Shown here one piece after another: positions 7,407 to 17,563 of a stretch of DNA of 47,345 nt. A model generated the notes under the pieces. That model was not told where the DNA came from, searched no databases, and saw nothing but the letters and a program-made list of their open reading frames with translations. This DNA comes from Candidatus Actinomarina sp. (GTDB lineage: Bacteria; Actinomycetota; Acidimicrobiia; Actinomarinales; Actinomarinaceae), in assembly GCA_045563315.1 (NCBI GenBank), contig JBJKUD010000024.1, forward strand, positions 1-47,345, given 5' to 3'. The number at the start of each line of letters is the position of its first letter. The first letter of the stretch is position 1. Position numbers and translations under genes: made by a program.

Positions 7407-8615
7407 CTATCTATGTTTATTTATTTCTCTTTTTGCAATTGATCTTAAATGAACTTCATCTGGTCCATCTGCAATTCTTAATACGCGAGCTCCGGCAGAC
7501 ATTCTTGCCAATGGAGTATCTTGGGATAATCCCATTGCACCATGGGTTTGTATAGCTTTATCAATTACATACGATGCTGCCTCAACAACAGATACTTTTA
7601 TAGATGAAATTTCTATTTTTGCTTCTTCTTTACCAACAGTATCAATGAGCCACGCAGTTTTTAGCGTCAGTAATCTTGCTTCTTCTATTTTTATTCTTGA
7701 ACGTGCTATCCAATCTTGAATAACACCCTGTTCAGACAATTTTTGACCAAATGTCTCTCTTTGGAGTGAGCGATCAATCATAAGAGATAGTGCTCGTTCT
7801 GCCATGCCAATAGCTCTCATGCAATGATGTATTCTTCCAGGTCCAAGTCGTGCTTGAGCTATTTTAAATCCCATTCCTTCTCCCCCAATGATGTTAGATT
7901 TTGGAACAACGACATTTTCAAATAAAAGTTCTGGATGTCCAGTGTATCCGTCATCATATCCAAATACTTGCATTGGTCTGATTATTGATAGTCCTTCGCT
8001 ATCCATAGGGACTAATACCTGACTTTGCCTTTGGTATGGTGAGCTATCGGGATTAGTAACACCCATAAAAATACATATCTTTGCATTTGGATTTATAGCA
8101 TTTGAAGTCCACCATTTCCGACCATTAATAATGTAATTTTCTCCGTCACTGACAATTGAGCTTCCTATATTGGTTGCATCTGAGGAAGCTACATTAGGCT
8201 CTGTCATGGCAAAACAGGATCTTATTTCACCTTCAAGAAGTGGTTCAAGCCACTCTTTTTTTTGTTCCTCTGTTCCAAACTCAGCTAAAATTTCCATATT
8301 TCCTGTATCAGGTGCAGAACAATTAAATACTTCTGGAGCCCACCAATTATGACCTGTTATCTCAGCTAATGGAGCATAGTCAACATTCGATAATCCATAT
8401 CCATATTCGTTATCAGGAAGAAATAAATTCCATAAATTTTCTTTTTTAGCTTTTGATTTAAGGTCATTTAGAATTTCTGGAATATGTAAGGGATCGCCAG
8501 AATCAATAATTGCTTTTTCATATTGATCTTCATTTGGATAAATATTATCAACAAAAAAAGTTTTGAGTCTATCTTGTAATTCAAGAGATTCTTTAGAAAA
8601 GTTAAAATCCATCAT
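7407..8615 (-). CDS. Acyl-CoA dehydrogenase, ACAD10/ACAD11 (LvaC-like) subfamily
   Basis: LWNLFLP, APEVFNCSAPDTGNME, MTEPNVASSDATNI, RLGPGRIHHCMR, RIADGPDEVH (Asp at the usual catalytic Glu position); true start may be the second ATG at 8612. Confidence 0.9.
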   Translation of the reverse strand: MMDFNFSKESLELQDRLKTFFVDNIYPNEDQYEKAIIDSGDPLHIPEILNDLKSKAKKENLWNLFLPDNEYGYGLSNVDYAPLAEITGHNWWAPEVFNCSAPDTGNMEILAEFGTEEQKKEWLEPLLEGEIRSCFAMTEPNVASSDATNIGSSIVSDGENYIINGRKWWTSNAINPNAKICIFMGVTNPDSSPYQRQSQVLVPMDSEGLSIIRPMQVFGYDDGYTGHPELLFENVVVPKSNIIGGEGMGFKIAQARLGPGRIHHCMRAIGMAERALSLMIDRSLQRETFGQKLSEQGVIQDWIARSRIKIEEARLLTLKTAWLIDTVGKEEAKIEISSIKVSVVEAASYVIDKAIQTHGAMGLSQDTPLARMSAGARVLRIADGPDEVHLRSIAKREINKHR

Positions 8616-8672
8616 TCTTATTGTATCAATTTAAACAACTGAACCAAAAAACTTTCATTAATATGTTCTTAA

Positions 8673-9689
8673 ATGGACTTTTTTACTGAAAAACTCAAAA
8701 AATACATTGCTTCAGTTGTAGATATATCAGAAGATTTTAAATTTGAACAATTTAAAGTGGGAAGATCAAATATTACTTTCAAAATTTTTGATGATACAAA
8801 TGCATTTGTTTTAAGAAGACCTCCATTTGGACTCAAATTAGAATCGGCACACAATATGGCTCGGGAATACAAAATAATAAAAGTTCTAAATGAAAATGGC
8901 TTAAGGGTTCCAAAACCATTGTATTTATACAACAAGAAAGAGCTCTCCCAAGATGATTTTTACATAATGGAATTTATTGATGGTGAGACGATTGCGAACA
9001 ACGATGTCGCTGACAATTATAAAGCAACAGAAAAAAATAGAATTACTGAATCTTTTATTAAAGCACTTTCAGAAATACACAATTTTGATGTGATAAGTTC
9101 AGAATTAAAAGATTTAGGAAAACATGAAAACTATGTTGAACGTCAAATAAACAGGTGGAATAAACAATTCCAATCTCAAAAAGTTAGAGAAATAAATGAG
9201 TTAGACAGTGCTACTAAATTATTACTTAATAATATTCCTTCTCAACAAACTGTTGGAATAGTTCATGGGGATTACAGATTAGATAATGTGCGAGTCAGGG
9301 ATAATCAAGTAGTTGCCGTATTGGATTGGGAACTTTGTACTTTAGGAGATCCACTTGCAGATATGGGAACAGTAATAGCCTCATGGAATACAAAAAAAGA
9401 AAAAGACTCACCTTTTATTTACTCTCCTACTCTGTCTGGTGGATTTCCAACACGTGAAGATGTAATTGAATTATATTTAAATAATTCAAATCTAGATTTA
9501 AATGATATTGAATTTTACACAAGATTATCTTTTTGGAAACATGCAATGATAATGGAAGGAGTGTATATCAGATATTCTATGGGAGCCTATGGAAAAACAA
9601 ATGAAAATGAAATAGAATCATTTAAGAACAGTACAATAAAGTTTGCAAATAAAGCTGCGAATAAAAATTTATTAGAGGAGATAACATGA
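8673..9689 (+). CDS. APH-family phosphotransferase (ACAD10/11 kinase-domain / LvaA-like)
   Basis: GRSNITF, VLRRPP, SAHNMAREY, HGDYRLDN, VLDWELCTLGDPLAD. Confidence 0.9.
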   Translation: MDFFTEKLKKYIASVVDISEDFKFEQFKVGRSNITFKIFDDTNAFVLRRPPFGLKLESAHNMAREYKIIKVLNENGLRVPKPLYLYNKKELSQDDFYIMEFIDGETIANNDVADNYKATEKNRITESFIKALSEIHNFDVISSELKDLGKHENYVERQINRWNKQFQSQKVREINELDSATKLLLNNIPSQQTVGIVHGDYRLDNVRVRDNQVVAVLDWELCTLGDPLADMGTVIASWNTKKEKDSPFIYSPTLSGGFPTREDVIELYLNNSNLDLNDIEFYTRLSFWKHAMIMEGVYIRYSMGAYGKTNENEIESFKNSTIKFANKAANKNLLEEIT

Positions 9690-10147
9690 TGATTGTGCCT
9701 GCAGATGAGATGGAAAAATATATTGGCCAAGAGGTTGGTGTTTCAGACTGGTTTGAAATAAATCAAGAAAGAATAAATCAATTTGCAGAAGGTACTAACG
9801 ATCATCAATTTATTCATGTTGATGAAGAAATGGCTAAAAGCACGCCATGGGGATCTACGATAGCACATGGATTCTTAACGTTGAGTATGGTGACTTACTT
9901 ATCTGTAGACAACACTGTTATGCCAGAAAATATACAGATGGCAATAAATTATGGTCTTGATAAAGTCCGTTTCATGGAAGCTGTACCTGTAAATAGCAAA
10001 ATAAGAGGAAGATTTGTTTTGTCAGATGTTCAGTATAAAAAAGCTGGTAGATGGTTGGTAAAGCATACTGCTACAATTGAAATTGAAGGTAAAGATAAAC
10101 CGGCGGCTATAGCTGAGCCTTTAACTTTATTTGTAGTTACAGAATAG
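9686..10147 (+). CDS. MaoC-family (R)-specific enoyl-CoA hydratase
   Basis: [42 protein letters not shown]. Confidence 0.92.
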   Translation: MMIVPADEMEKYIGQEVGVSDWFEINQERINQFAEGTNDHQFIHVDEEMAKSTPWGSTIAHGFLTLSMVTYLSVDNTVMPENIQMAINYGLDKVRFMEAVPVNSKIRGRFVLSDVQYKKAGRWLVKHTATIEIEGKDKPAAIAEPLTLFVVTE

Positions 10148-10164
10148 AAGAAGGAAGATTAAAA

Positions 10165-11343
10165 ATGAGAGAAGCAGTAATTGTATCGGCAGCAAGAACA
10201 CCTATCGGAAAAGCTTATCGTGGAGCTTATAACAAAACAGATGCTCCAACATTAGGTTCTTATTCAATTAAAGAAGCTGTCGAAAGAGCAAAAATTGATC
10301 CAAATGAGATTGAAGATGTCATTATGGGATGTGCTCAACAACAAGGTTCACAAGCCCTAAACATTGGAAGACTGAGTGGAATTGCAGCAGGATTACCAAT
10401 TACAGTTCCAGGAATGACTATAGATAGACAATGTTCTTCTGGCCTTATGGCCATCGCTACAGGTGCAAAACAAATAATGACGGATAATATGAATGTTGTT
10501 GTTGCGGGTGGTGTTGAATCTATATCATTAGTTCAAACTGCTGAATTAAGATTTGCTCCAGACCCAAATGTCGTAAAACTTGCAGATAACGCTTACATGC
10601 CCATGATCGAAACTGCTGATTTCGTTGCTGAGAAATATAATATCTCAAGAGAATACCAAGATGAATATTCATTACAAAGTCAACAAAGAACTGCAGCAGC
10701 TCAAGAGAGTAACAAGTTCGATGACGAAATCATTTCAACAACTACGACAAAAAGTGTCAAAAATAAAGAAACCGGTGAAGTTACTGATGAACAGGTTGAA
10801 TTAACAAAAGATGAAGGAAATAGGCCTCAGACTGATTTAGAAGGTTTGTCTTCACTTCCTCCGGTTTACGGAGAAGGAAAGTTTATTACAGCTGGTAATG
10901 CTTCTCAATTATCAGATGGCTCCGCTTCAGTTGTCTTAATGGAAGCTAGTGAAGCAGAAAAAAGAAGCCTCGAACCACTTGGATATTACAGAGGTATGAC
11001 TGTATCGGCATTAGCACCAGAAGAAATGGGAATAGGTCCTGTGTATGCAGTTCCAGATTTATTAAATAAATTCAATTTAAAAATTGAAGATATAGACCTT
11101 TGGGAGCTAAACGAAGCATTTGCTGTTCAGACTTTATACTGTAGAGACGAACTCGGTATAGATAACAGTATTTACAATGTTAATGGGGGCTCAATCTCAA
11201 TAGGCCATCCATATGGAATGACCGGTGCAAGGATGACAATGCACGCACTAATGGAAGGTAAGAGAAGAAACGCAAAATTCGTAGTTGTAACTATGTGTGT
11301 TGGCGGTGGCATGGGTGCAGCTGGTTTATTTGAAGTTATTTAA
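10165..11343 (+). CDS. Acetyl-CoA C-acyltransferase (thiolase)
   Basis: [37 protein letters not shown]. Confidence 0.95.
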   Translation: MREAVIVSAARTPIGKAYRGAYNKTDAPTLGSYSIKEAVERAKIDPNEIEDVIMGCAQQQGSQALNIGRLSGIAAGLPITVPGMTIDRQCSSGLMAIATGAKQIMTDNMNVVVAGGVESISLVQTAELRFAPDPNVVKLADNAYMPMIETADFVAEKYNISREYQDEYSLQSQQRTAAAQESNKFDDEIISTTTTKSVKNKETGEVTDEQVELTKDEGNRPQTDLEGLSSLPPVYGEGKFITAGNASQLSDGSASVVLMEASEAEKRSLEPLGYYRGMTVSALAPEEMGIGPVYAVPDLLNKFNLKIEDIDLWELNEAFAVQTLYCRDELGIDNSIYNVNGGSISIGHPYGMTGARMTMHALMEGKRRNAKFVVVTMCVGGGMGAAGLFEVI

Positions 11344-11397
11344 ATTATTAATTTCTAACTAAATTTTAAATCACAGTCTTACAATTTATAATGACGT

Positions 11398-12855
11398 ATG
11401 AACAAAATTCGTACAAAATCAGATTATATTAATTCTCTGAAAAATAGAAATCTAACTATCTACCTCATGGGTGAACTAGTAAAAGATCCTCTCACTCATC
11501 CAATTATTAAACCAAGTATTGAAGCTATGGCAGAAACTTATGCGTTAGCAGATAGAGATCCTGATTTGGCTACAACTATTTCACCCTATACAAATGAGCC
11601 AATTAATAGATTTTTACATATTGCAAATAGCAGTGAAGATTTATTCATGCAAAATGAAATGCAAAGAAAACTTGGCCAGTTAACTGGTACCTGTTTCCAA
11701 AGATGTGTTGGAATGGATGCATTTAATGCCCTCCATTCCGTGACTTATGAAATTGATGAAAAATATAACACAAATTACCACGACAAATTTATAAATTTTT
11801 TAACAAAAATGCATGAAGGTAACTTTGTGATAGGTGGAGCTATGACTGATGTTAAAGGTGATAGATCAAAACCTCCACACCAACAAGCCGACCAAGATTT
11901 ATATTTGAGAGTTGTTAATAGAGATGATAAAGGTGTTTATGTCTCCGGAGCTAAAGCTCATCAGACAGGATGTATAAATTCTCATTGGATGGTTGTTATG
12001 CCAACTTTAAGGCTTACTGAAAATGATAAAGATTATGCAATTGTAGGAGCGTTGCCTATTGAGACAGAAGGTATTACATACATTTATGGACGACAATCCT
12101 GTGATACTAGAAGCATGGAGCCAGGCGAATATGATGTTGGAAATAAATATTTTGCTGGCCAAGAAGCGATGGTTATTTTTGATAATGTATTCATTCCAAA
12201 CGAATTTATATTCATGAATGGTGAGTATGATTTTGCTGCAATGCTCGTTGAAAGATTTACTTGTTATCATCGAAGGTCATATGTGTGTAAGTCAGGTGTT
12301 GGTGATGTAATGATTGGGGCAGCAGCAAGTATTGCTGAATATAACGGAGTTGAAGATAAATCACATATTAAAGAGAAGCTGATAGAAATGAATAAATTAA
12401 ATGAGACTATTTATGCAACAGGTATTGCTTCATCATTGCAAGGAAAAAAAACAAAGAGTGGAAATTACATAAATGATGATTTATTAGCAAATGTTTGCAA
12501 ACAGCATGTTACAAAAGAAACTTATGAGATAGGAAGGTTAGCGCAAGATTTAGCTGGTGGACTAGTCGCATCCATGCCTTCAGGTATCGACATAAATGAA
12601 AGTGAGATGTCGCCAAACTTATTGAAATACTTAAAAGGTAAAGAAGATGTAAATACTGAAGATCGCGTGAGCATGCTAAGACTTATTGAAAATATGACAT
12701 TAGGAAGAAATGCTGTTGCTTATTTAACTGAGTCTATGCATGGTGCTGGTTCACCACAAGCTCAAAGAATACAAATTTCTAGAAAAGTAGATATTGAAGA
12801 GAAGAAAAACTTTGCAAAGAAACTCTCTGGAATAATTGAAAGAGAAGAATCGTGA
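11398..12855 (+). CDS. abfD: 4-hydroxybutyryl-CoA dehydratase / vinylacetyl-CoA isomerase (FAD, [4Fe-4S])
   Basis: TCFQRCVGMD (CxxxC), AMTDVKGDRS, GAKAHQTG, YHRRSYVCK (His + Cys ligands), ESMHGAGSPQAQR; Fe-S ligands separate it from HpaB monooxygenases. Confidence 0.88.
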   Translation: MNKIRTKSDYINSLKNRNLTIYLMGELVKDPLTHPIIKPSIEAMAETYALADRDPDLATTISPYTNEPINRFLHIANSSEDLFMQNEMQRKLGQLTGTCFQRCVGMDAFNALHSVTYEIDEKYNTNYHDKFINFLTKMHEGNFVIGGAMTDVKGDRSKPPHQQADQDLYLRVVNRDDKGVYVSGAKAHQTGCINSHWMVVMPTLRLTENDKDYAIVGALPIETEGITYIYGRQSCDTRSMEPGEYDVGNKYFAGQEAMVIFDNVFIPNEFIFMNGEYDFAAMLVERFTCYHRRSYVCKSGVGDVMIGAAASIAEYNGVEDKSHIKEKLIEMNKLNETIYATGIASSLQGKKTKSGNYINDDLLANVCKQHVTKETYEIGRLAQDLAGGLVASMPSGIDINESEMSPNLLKYLKGKEDVNTEDRVSMLRLIENMTLGRNAVAYLTESMHGAGSPQAQRIQISRKVDIEEKKNFAKKLSGIIEREES

Positions 12856-13823
12856 AAGCTGTTGTTTGTACAAAAATAGGTGATCCAAATCTACTTGAGA
12901 TTAAGGAAATTGAAACACCAAAGCCAAGTAAAAATGAAGTATTAGTAAAAGTACAAGCAGCAGGTGTAAATTTTCCAGATGCCTTAATGGTTCAAGGTAA
13001 ATATCAAATCGTAATGGATCCTCCTTTTACCCCTGGTAATGAGGTTTGTGGATATGTAGAAGAAACTGGGGATGATGTTGATCTTAAGATTGGTACCAAA
13101 GTAATAGCCCTGCCTCCAATAGGTGGTTTTTCAGAATATGTTTCTGTAGATAAGAATCTTGTTATACCTGTATCGGAAAAAGTCAATGTAATGGCTGGGG
13201 CAAGCTTGCCTATAAATTATGGTACGTGTTATTACGCACTGAAAAGAAGAGCAAATATTCAAAAGGATGAGTCTCTCTTAGTTCTTGGTGCGTCAGGTGG
13301 TATAGGTACTGCAACCATTCAATTAGCAAAAATAATGGGAGTAAAAACAATATGTGCTGTTGGAAGTGATGAAAAAGCAGAATATGTTAAGTCATTGGGA
13401 GCAGATGAAATTATTAGATATGATCAAGTAGAACTGAAGGAAACAGTAAAGGAACTTACTGATGGAAAAGGAGTAGATGTTGTTATGGATCCTGTCGGAG
13501 GAGAAGTAACAGAGCAAGCTTTAAGAGCAACTGCATGGAATGGAAGGTTGCTTGTAATAGGTTTTACAGATGGCAATATACCAAAAATTCCCTTAAATTT
13601 AACTCTTGTTAAGGGAGTATCAATAGTTGGAGTTTGGTGGGGAAGATGGACTACAACTTCTCCAGAAGAAACAGCAGAGGACTTTAAGGAATTAATTGAA
13701 TTTATTGAAAAGGATGAACTTATTATAAAACCAAAAAATGTTCATCCAATAGAAGAAACTTCTTTAGCACTTGAAAACTTTCTATCTAGAAAAAATATTG
13801 GGAAAACAGTAATCAGTTTTTAA
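12852..13823 (+). CDS. Zinc-independent MDR, NADPH:quinone oxidoreductase / enoyl-reductase family
   Basis: AAGVNFPD, PPFTPGNE, LGASGGIG, GVDVVMDPVGG; GTGA overlap with abfD. Confidence 0.88.
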   Translation: MKAVVCTKIGDPNLLEIKEIETPKPSKNEVLVKVQAAGVNFPDALMVQGKYQIVMDPPFTPGNEVCGYVEETGDDVDLKIGTKVIALPPIGGFSEYVSVDKNLVIPVSEKVNVMAGASLPINYGTCYYALKRRANIQKDESLLVLGASGGIGTATIQLAKIMGVKTICAVGSDEKAEYVKSLGADEIIRYDQVELKETVKELTDGKGVDVVMDPVGGEVTEQALRATAWNGRLLVIGFTDGNIPKIPLNLTLVKGVSIVGVWWGRWTTTSPEETAEDFKELIEFIEKDELIIKPKNVHPIEETSLALENFLSRKNIGKTVISF

Positions 13824-14456
13824 CTATTTTTTAGATGATTCAAAATATGGATTATTTCCTGAAGCGTGATCTGTTGCATCAATAATATTTCCTATTTCAG
13901 GTACAGCATCTCGTAGCGCTGTTTCTATTCCTTGCGTAAGTGTCACCTGGGCCATTCCGCATCCTTGACAGCCACCACCAAGTCTAAGATAAACATCTTG
14001 ACCTTCAATACCAACTAAAGATGCTTGACCACCGTGAGATGCTATTGCTGGATTAATTTGGCTTTCAAGAACTGTTTGTACTTTCTCTGCAAGTTCACCC
14101 GTAAGTTCAGGCAAGTCTTCAGGGTTGCCAACCATTGCAGGACTTGGAGTGTTTGGATTATCCATTGTAAGTCCCGGTGCATTTGGATCATCTGATATTT
14201 CTAATTCAGCACCGTTAAAGTTATCAACATCTTTACTGGCTATAATCACAGATAAATCGCCAAAATCAACACGTTTATCATCTGGTCTAGCTTGTTCAAG
14301 ATCTAGAAAACTCAGATCATATGTATATTGATTGCCTTGTACTCCATCTATCTGTAAAAAAAGAGCATAATCTTTGTCGCCAGGTTCTTGATCTTTTAAT
14401 TCAAGAATCTTAGCTACAGCATTATCTCCTATATTGAATTTAAATTCATCAGTCAT
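13824..14456 (-). CDS. nfuA: NfuA-like Fe-S carrier
   Basis: Degenerate A-type N domain plus NifU C domain INPAIASHGG...GGGCQGC. Confidence 0.88.
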   Translation of the reverse strand: MTDEFKFNIGDNAVAKILELKDQEPGDKDYALFLQIDGVQGNQYTYDLSFLDLEQARPDDKRVDFGDLSVIIASKDVDNFNGAELEISDDPNAPGLTMDNPNTPSPAMVGNPEDLPELTGELAEKVQTVLESQINPAIASHGGQASLVGIEGQDVYLRLGGGCQGCGMAQVTLTQGIETALRDAVPEIGNIIDATDHASGNNPYFESSKK

Positions 14457-14496
14457 ATACTTAATATTAGTAAGCTCAAGATATGTGTAAATAAAT

Positions 14497-15678
14497 ATGA
14501 ATAAACTATTGCTCGTAATCCCAGAAAATAGCTATAAATCTAATGATTTTGTGCTCACAGCTGAAAAATTAGGCATTGATTTCTTGATAATTACAGATAG
14601 TGAACAGGTAACAAGTCAATTTGGTGATACTGTGATTGTTCAAAATTTCGATGAAAATATTAGTGATGAGACTTTAATAAAACTTCAAAAAATAACTCAT
14701 GTACTGCCAGTTGACCATAGTGGATTGAAATATGCTGGTTATTTAGTTGATCTATTAGGTGCAAAGGGAAATAAATTATTTGCTATAGAACATTCTATGA
14801 ACAAATTTGAATCGAGAAATACATTTAATTCAATATCCAATATAAAAGCAAAAAATATGATCGCAAAAAGCTTAAAAGATATTGAATTATTCACAGAAAA
14901 ACATGGTACTTCAGTTTTGAAACCAAACTTTGGTTCAGCAAGTAAAAGTGTTTTAAAAATTAATAATTTTAACCAAAGCAAAGATTACATAATCAACTTA
15001 ATGAACGATTGTGAAGGTCAGGAAATGATTATTGAACAATATATCGAAGGAACAGAATATGCATTAGAGGGGAATTTGATAAATTCCAACTTAAACAAAA
15101 TAACCATCTTCGATAAGCCAATTGAATACAAAGAACCATATTTTGAAGAATCTATCTACATAACTCCAAGTGAGCTATCTGAAGAATTACAGAATCAAAT
15201 AGTTGAATTAATTGGTAATGCTTGTAAAAAAATTGGTTTAGAAAATGGTCCCATACATGTTGAATTTAAAATACTTGATGAAAACATTTTTATTATAGAA
15301 ATTAATCCAAGAATGATTGGTGGTCTTTGTTCTAAATGTTTGAGTTTTGGGCTGTTTAAAGTCTCCCTTGAAGAAATTACATTACATGCCTTTTTATACG
15401 ATGAGCTAAAACCTATTGAACTACTTAGTAATTATGTTGGTGTACTTATGCTTCCAACGCCTAAAACTGGAAAATTTGTTTCTATAAATCAGGACGAATT
15501 AGAAAAAATTGATAATGTATCGACAGTTGAAATAACTGTTTCCCAGAACTCAGATTTGTTAGAACCACCTTTTGGTGATAAATATTTAGGTTTTGTCTTT
15601 TCACAAGCTAATGAAAAAGTATTAGTAATAAATGCTTTAATGAAAGCAATGAGTACTTCAATGCCGATTATTAAATAA
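14497..15678 (+). CDS. ATP-grasp domain carboxylate-amine ligase, substrate unknown
   Basis: NKFESR, VLKPNFGSAS, IIEQYIEGTE, HVEFK, IEINPRMIGG. Confidence 0.85.
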   Translation: MNKLLLVIPENSYKSNDFVLTAEKLGIDFLIITDSEQVTSQFGDTVIVQNFDENISDETLIKLQKITHVLPVDHSGLKYAGYLVDLLGAKGNKLFAIEHSMNKFESRNTFNSISNIKAKNMIAKSLKDIELFTEKHGTSVLKPNFGSASKSVLKINNFNQSKDYIINLMNDCEGQEMIIEQYIEGTEYALEGNLINSNLNKITIFDKPIEYKEPYFEESIYITPSELSEELQNQIVELIGNACKKIGLENGPIHVEFKILDENIFIIEINPRMIGGLCSKCLSFGLFKVSLEEITLHAFLYDELKPIELLSNYVGVLMLPTPKTGKFVSINQDELEKIDNVSTVEITVSQNSDLLEPPFGDKYLGFVFSQANEKVLVINALMKAMSTSMPIIK

Positions 15679-15701
15679 TCTATGATAGTCTTCAAGAGAA
15701 A

Positions 15702-16319
15702 ATGAAAAATGCACTAATAATTAACGGTGGTCTTAACAGTACGAAAAGAGACCAACTAGATAATTATGATTTTATTGTTGCCGTAGATTCAGGAGCAGAA
15801 CATGCTTACAAATTATTTTTAAAACCAGACCTTATAATTGGTGATCTTGATTCAATAGATGAGAAGACAATTAAAAGAGCAGAGAAAGATAGTATTCAAA
15901 TTTTAAAATATGAGACTAATAAAAATGAAACAGACTTTGAACTTGCATTGAAACATGTACTCGATCAAAGCATAAAAGATATCACAATTATTGGTGGTGA
16001 ATATGGGGAGATTGATCATTTGTTTAGTGTTTTAACTGTAATTATCAGCTATCAAAATGATGAACTCATTTTGTGGATACATGGAAATCAGTCAATAATT
16101 ATTCCTAATTCTAAAAAAATTAAAATTGGAAATAATGTTAAATTTAGTATCTTGCCATTTACTGATTTGAAAAATCTAAATATATCTGGAGCCCAGTGGA
16201 ACCTTGAAAATGAAAATATAAAATTTGGTAAATCTTTCACGCTACGAAATATTTCGATCGATAAGAATATAGAAGTTTCTGTTGATGATGGAAAGTTCTG
16301 TTTAATTTACAATAATTAA
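15702..16319 (+). CDS. thiN: Thiamine diphosphokinase
   Basis: AVDSGA, IGDLDSI, KNETDFELAL, DH motif. Confidence 0.88.
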   Translation: MKNALIINGGLNSTKRDQLDNYDFIVAVDSGAEHAYKLFLKPDLIIGDLDSIDEKTIKRAEKDSIQILKYETNKNETDFELALKHVLDQSIKDITIIGGEYGEIDHLFSVLTVIISYQNDELILWIHGNQSIIIPNSKKIKIGNNVKFSILPFTDLKNLNISGAQWNLENENIKFGKSFTLRNISIDKNIEVSVDDGKFCLIYNN

Positions 16320-17533
16320 GATCTTGGAAGGTCTTTCCAAGCTTTATCTTTGTCTAATTTTGGCTCGCTAGGTAAACCTAGAACTCTTTCTGCAATTATA
16401 TTACGCATGATCTCTGAAGTGCCACCCTCGATGGAATTCGCACGAGATCTCAAAAATAGACTTTGTGTATCAGTAAAACCATAAGAATCATTATCAAAAT
16501 TTAATTCAGGTTGCGATAATTCATATCCTCGTGGAAATAATAATCCATCATTTCCTAACATTTCCATGCCAAATGCATAAGATGCCTTATTTATTTCAGC
16601 TTCATGAAGCTTACTTGTTGAACCTTCAGGACCAGGTGTGCCTTTTTCTCTAAGTTCTGATGCTCTCAAGTTTGTAAGCCTTACTGCTTCTTGTTGAATC
16701 CATAATTCCATAAGCTTGTCCTTGGTAACTGGATCGTCTAACTCTCGATCTTTCCATAATTGGACTAAATGTCCGGGTGCACCACTTCCTCTAGGTCTTA
16801 CATTTCCTCCAATTGCAACTCTTTCATTCATTAATATTGCCAGTGATACTCTCCACCCATCACCTACTTCTCCTAAAACATTTTCTTTAGGAATTTTTAC
16901 GTCTGTAAAATAAACTTCGTTAAATTCTGCTTCACCAGTTATTTGTCTTAAAGGCCTTACCTCAACACCTTCTGATTCCATATCAACAATGAAAAATGTT
17001 AATCCCCTATGTTTTGGAACGTCTGGGTCAGTTCTTGTTACTAATAATCCCCATTTTGAAAGGTGGCCTAAGGTTGTCCAAACTTTTTGTCCATTAACTA
17101 TATATCCATCCCCGTCGTCAACTGCCTTCGTTGACAAACTAGCTAAATCTGAACCTGATCCTGGCTCAGAGAATAATTGGCACCAAATTTCATCAGCGGT
17201 AAACATAGGTTTTAAATACTTATCAATTTGTTCTTGAGTTCCGTATTCAGTAATAGTTGGCGCGCCCATTCCAATTCCAAGAAGGTTAGCAATACGATTA
17301 TTTGTAGATATGCCTTCTTTTCGTAAGGTTTCATTTACTAATAATTGATATTTTGGATTAACGTTTAATCCGCCAGCACCCTCTGGAAAATGAACCCAAG
17401 CAAGTCCTAAATCAAACTGCTTTGACCAGAATTCTTTAATATCTTGATCATCTTTCCGAAAATTGACTAGTTCTTGTAATCTATTTAAAACTAATTCTTC
17501 AGAATCTAATGGTTTAGTTTCAGTTTTTACCAT
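16316..17533 (-). CDS. Acyl-CoA dehydrogenase (FadE-like)
   Basis: WCQLFSEPGSGSDLASL, VNGQKVWTT, EFNEVYF, IEGGTSEIMRNIIAERVLGLP. Confidence 0.93.
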   Translation of the reverse strand: MVKTETKPLDSEELVLNRLQELVNFRKDDQDIKEFWSKQFDLGLAWVHFPEGAGGLNVNPKYQLLVNETLRKEGISTNNRIANLLGIGMGAPTITEYGTQEQIDKYLKPMFTADEIWCQLFSEPGSGSDLASLSTKAVDDGDGYIVNGQKVWTTLGHLSKWGLLVTRTDPDVPKHRGLTFFIVDMESEGVEVRPLRQITGEAEFNEVYFTDVKIPKENVLGEVGDGWRVSLAILMNERVAIGGNVRPRGSGAPGHLVQLWKDRELDDPVTKDKLMELWIQQEAVRLTNLRASELREKGTPGPEGSTSKLHEAEINKASYAFGMEMLGNDGLLFPRGYELSQPELNFDNDSYGFTDTQSLFLRSRANSIEGGTSEIMRNIIAERVLGLPSEPKLDKDKAWKDLPRS

Positions 17534-17563
17534 ATTAAATTATACCTCATAAAACTTTAGGTA

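Noticed and set aside
11398-12855. Autotrophic 4-hydroxybutyrate cycle, or HpaB monooxygenase
   Set aside because: No carboxylases or other cycle genes here and context is catabolic; Fe-S ligand motifs argue against HpaB
15679-15701. TPP riboswitch upstream of thiN
   Set aside because: Gap is 23 bp and lacks the CTGAGA core
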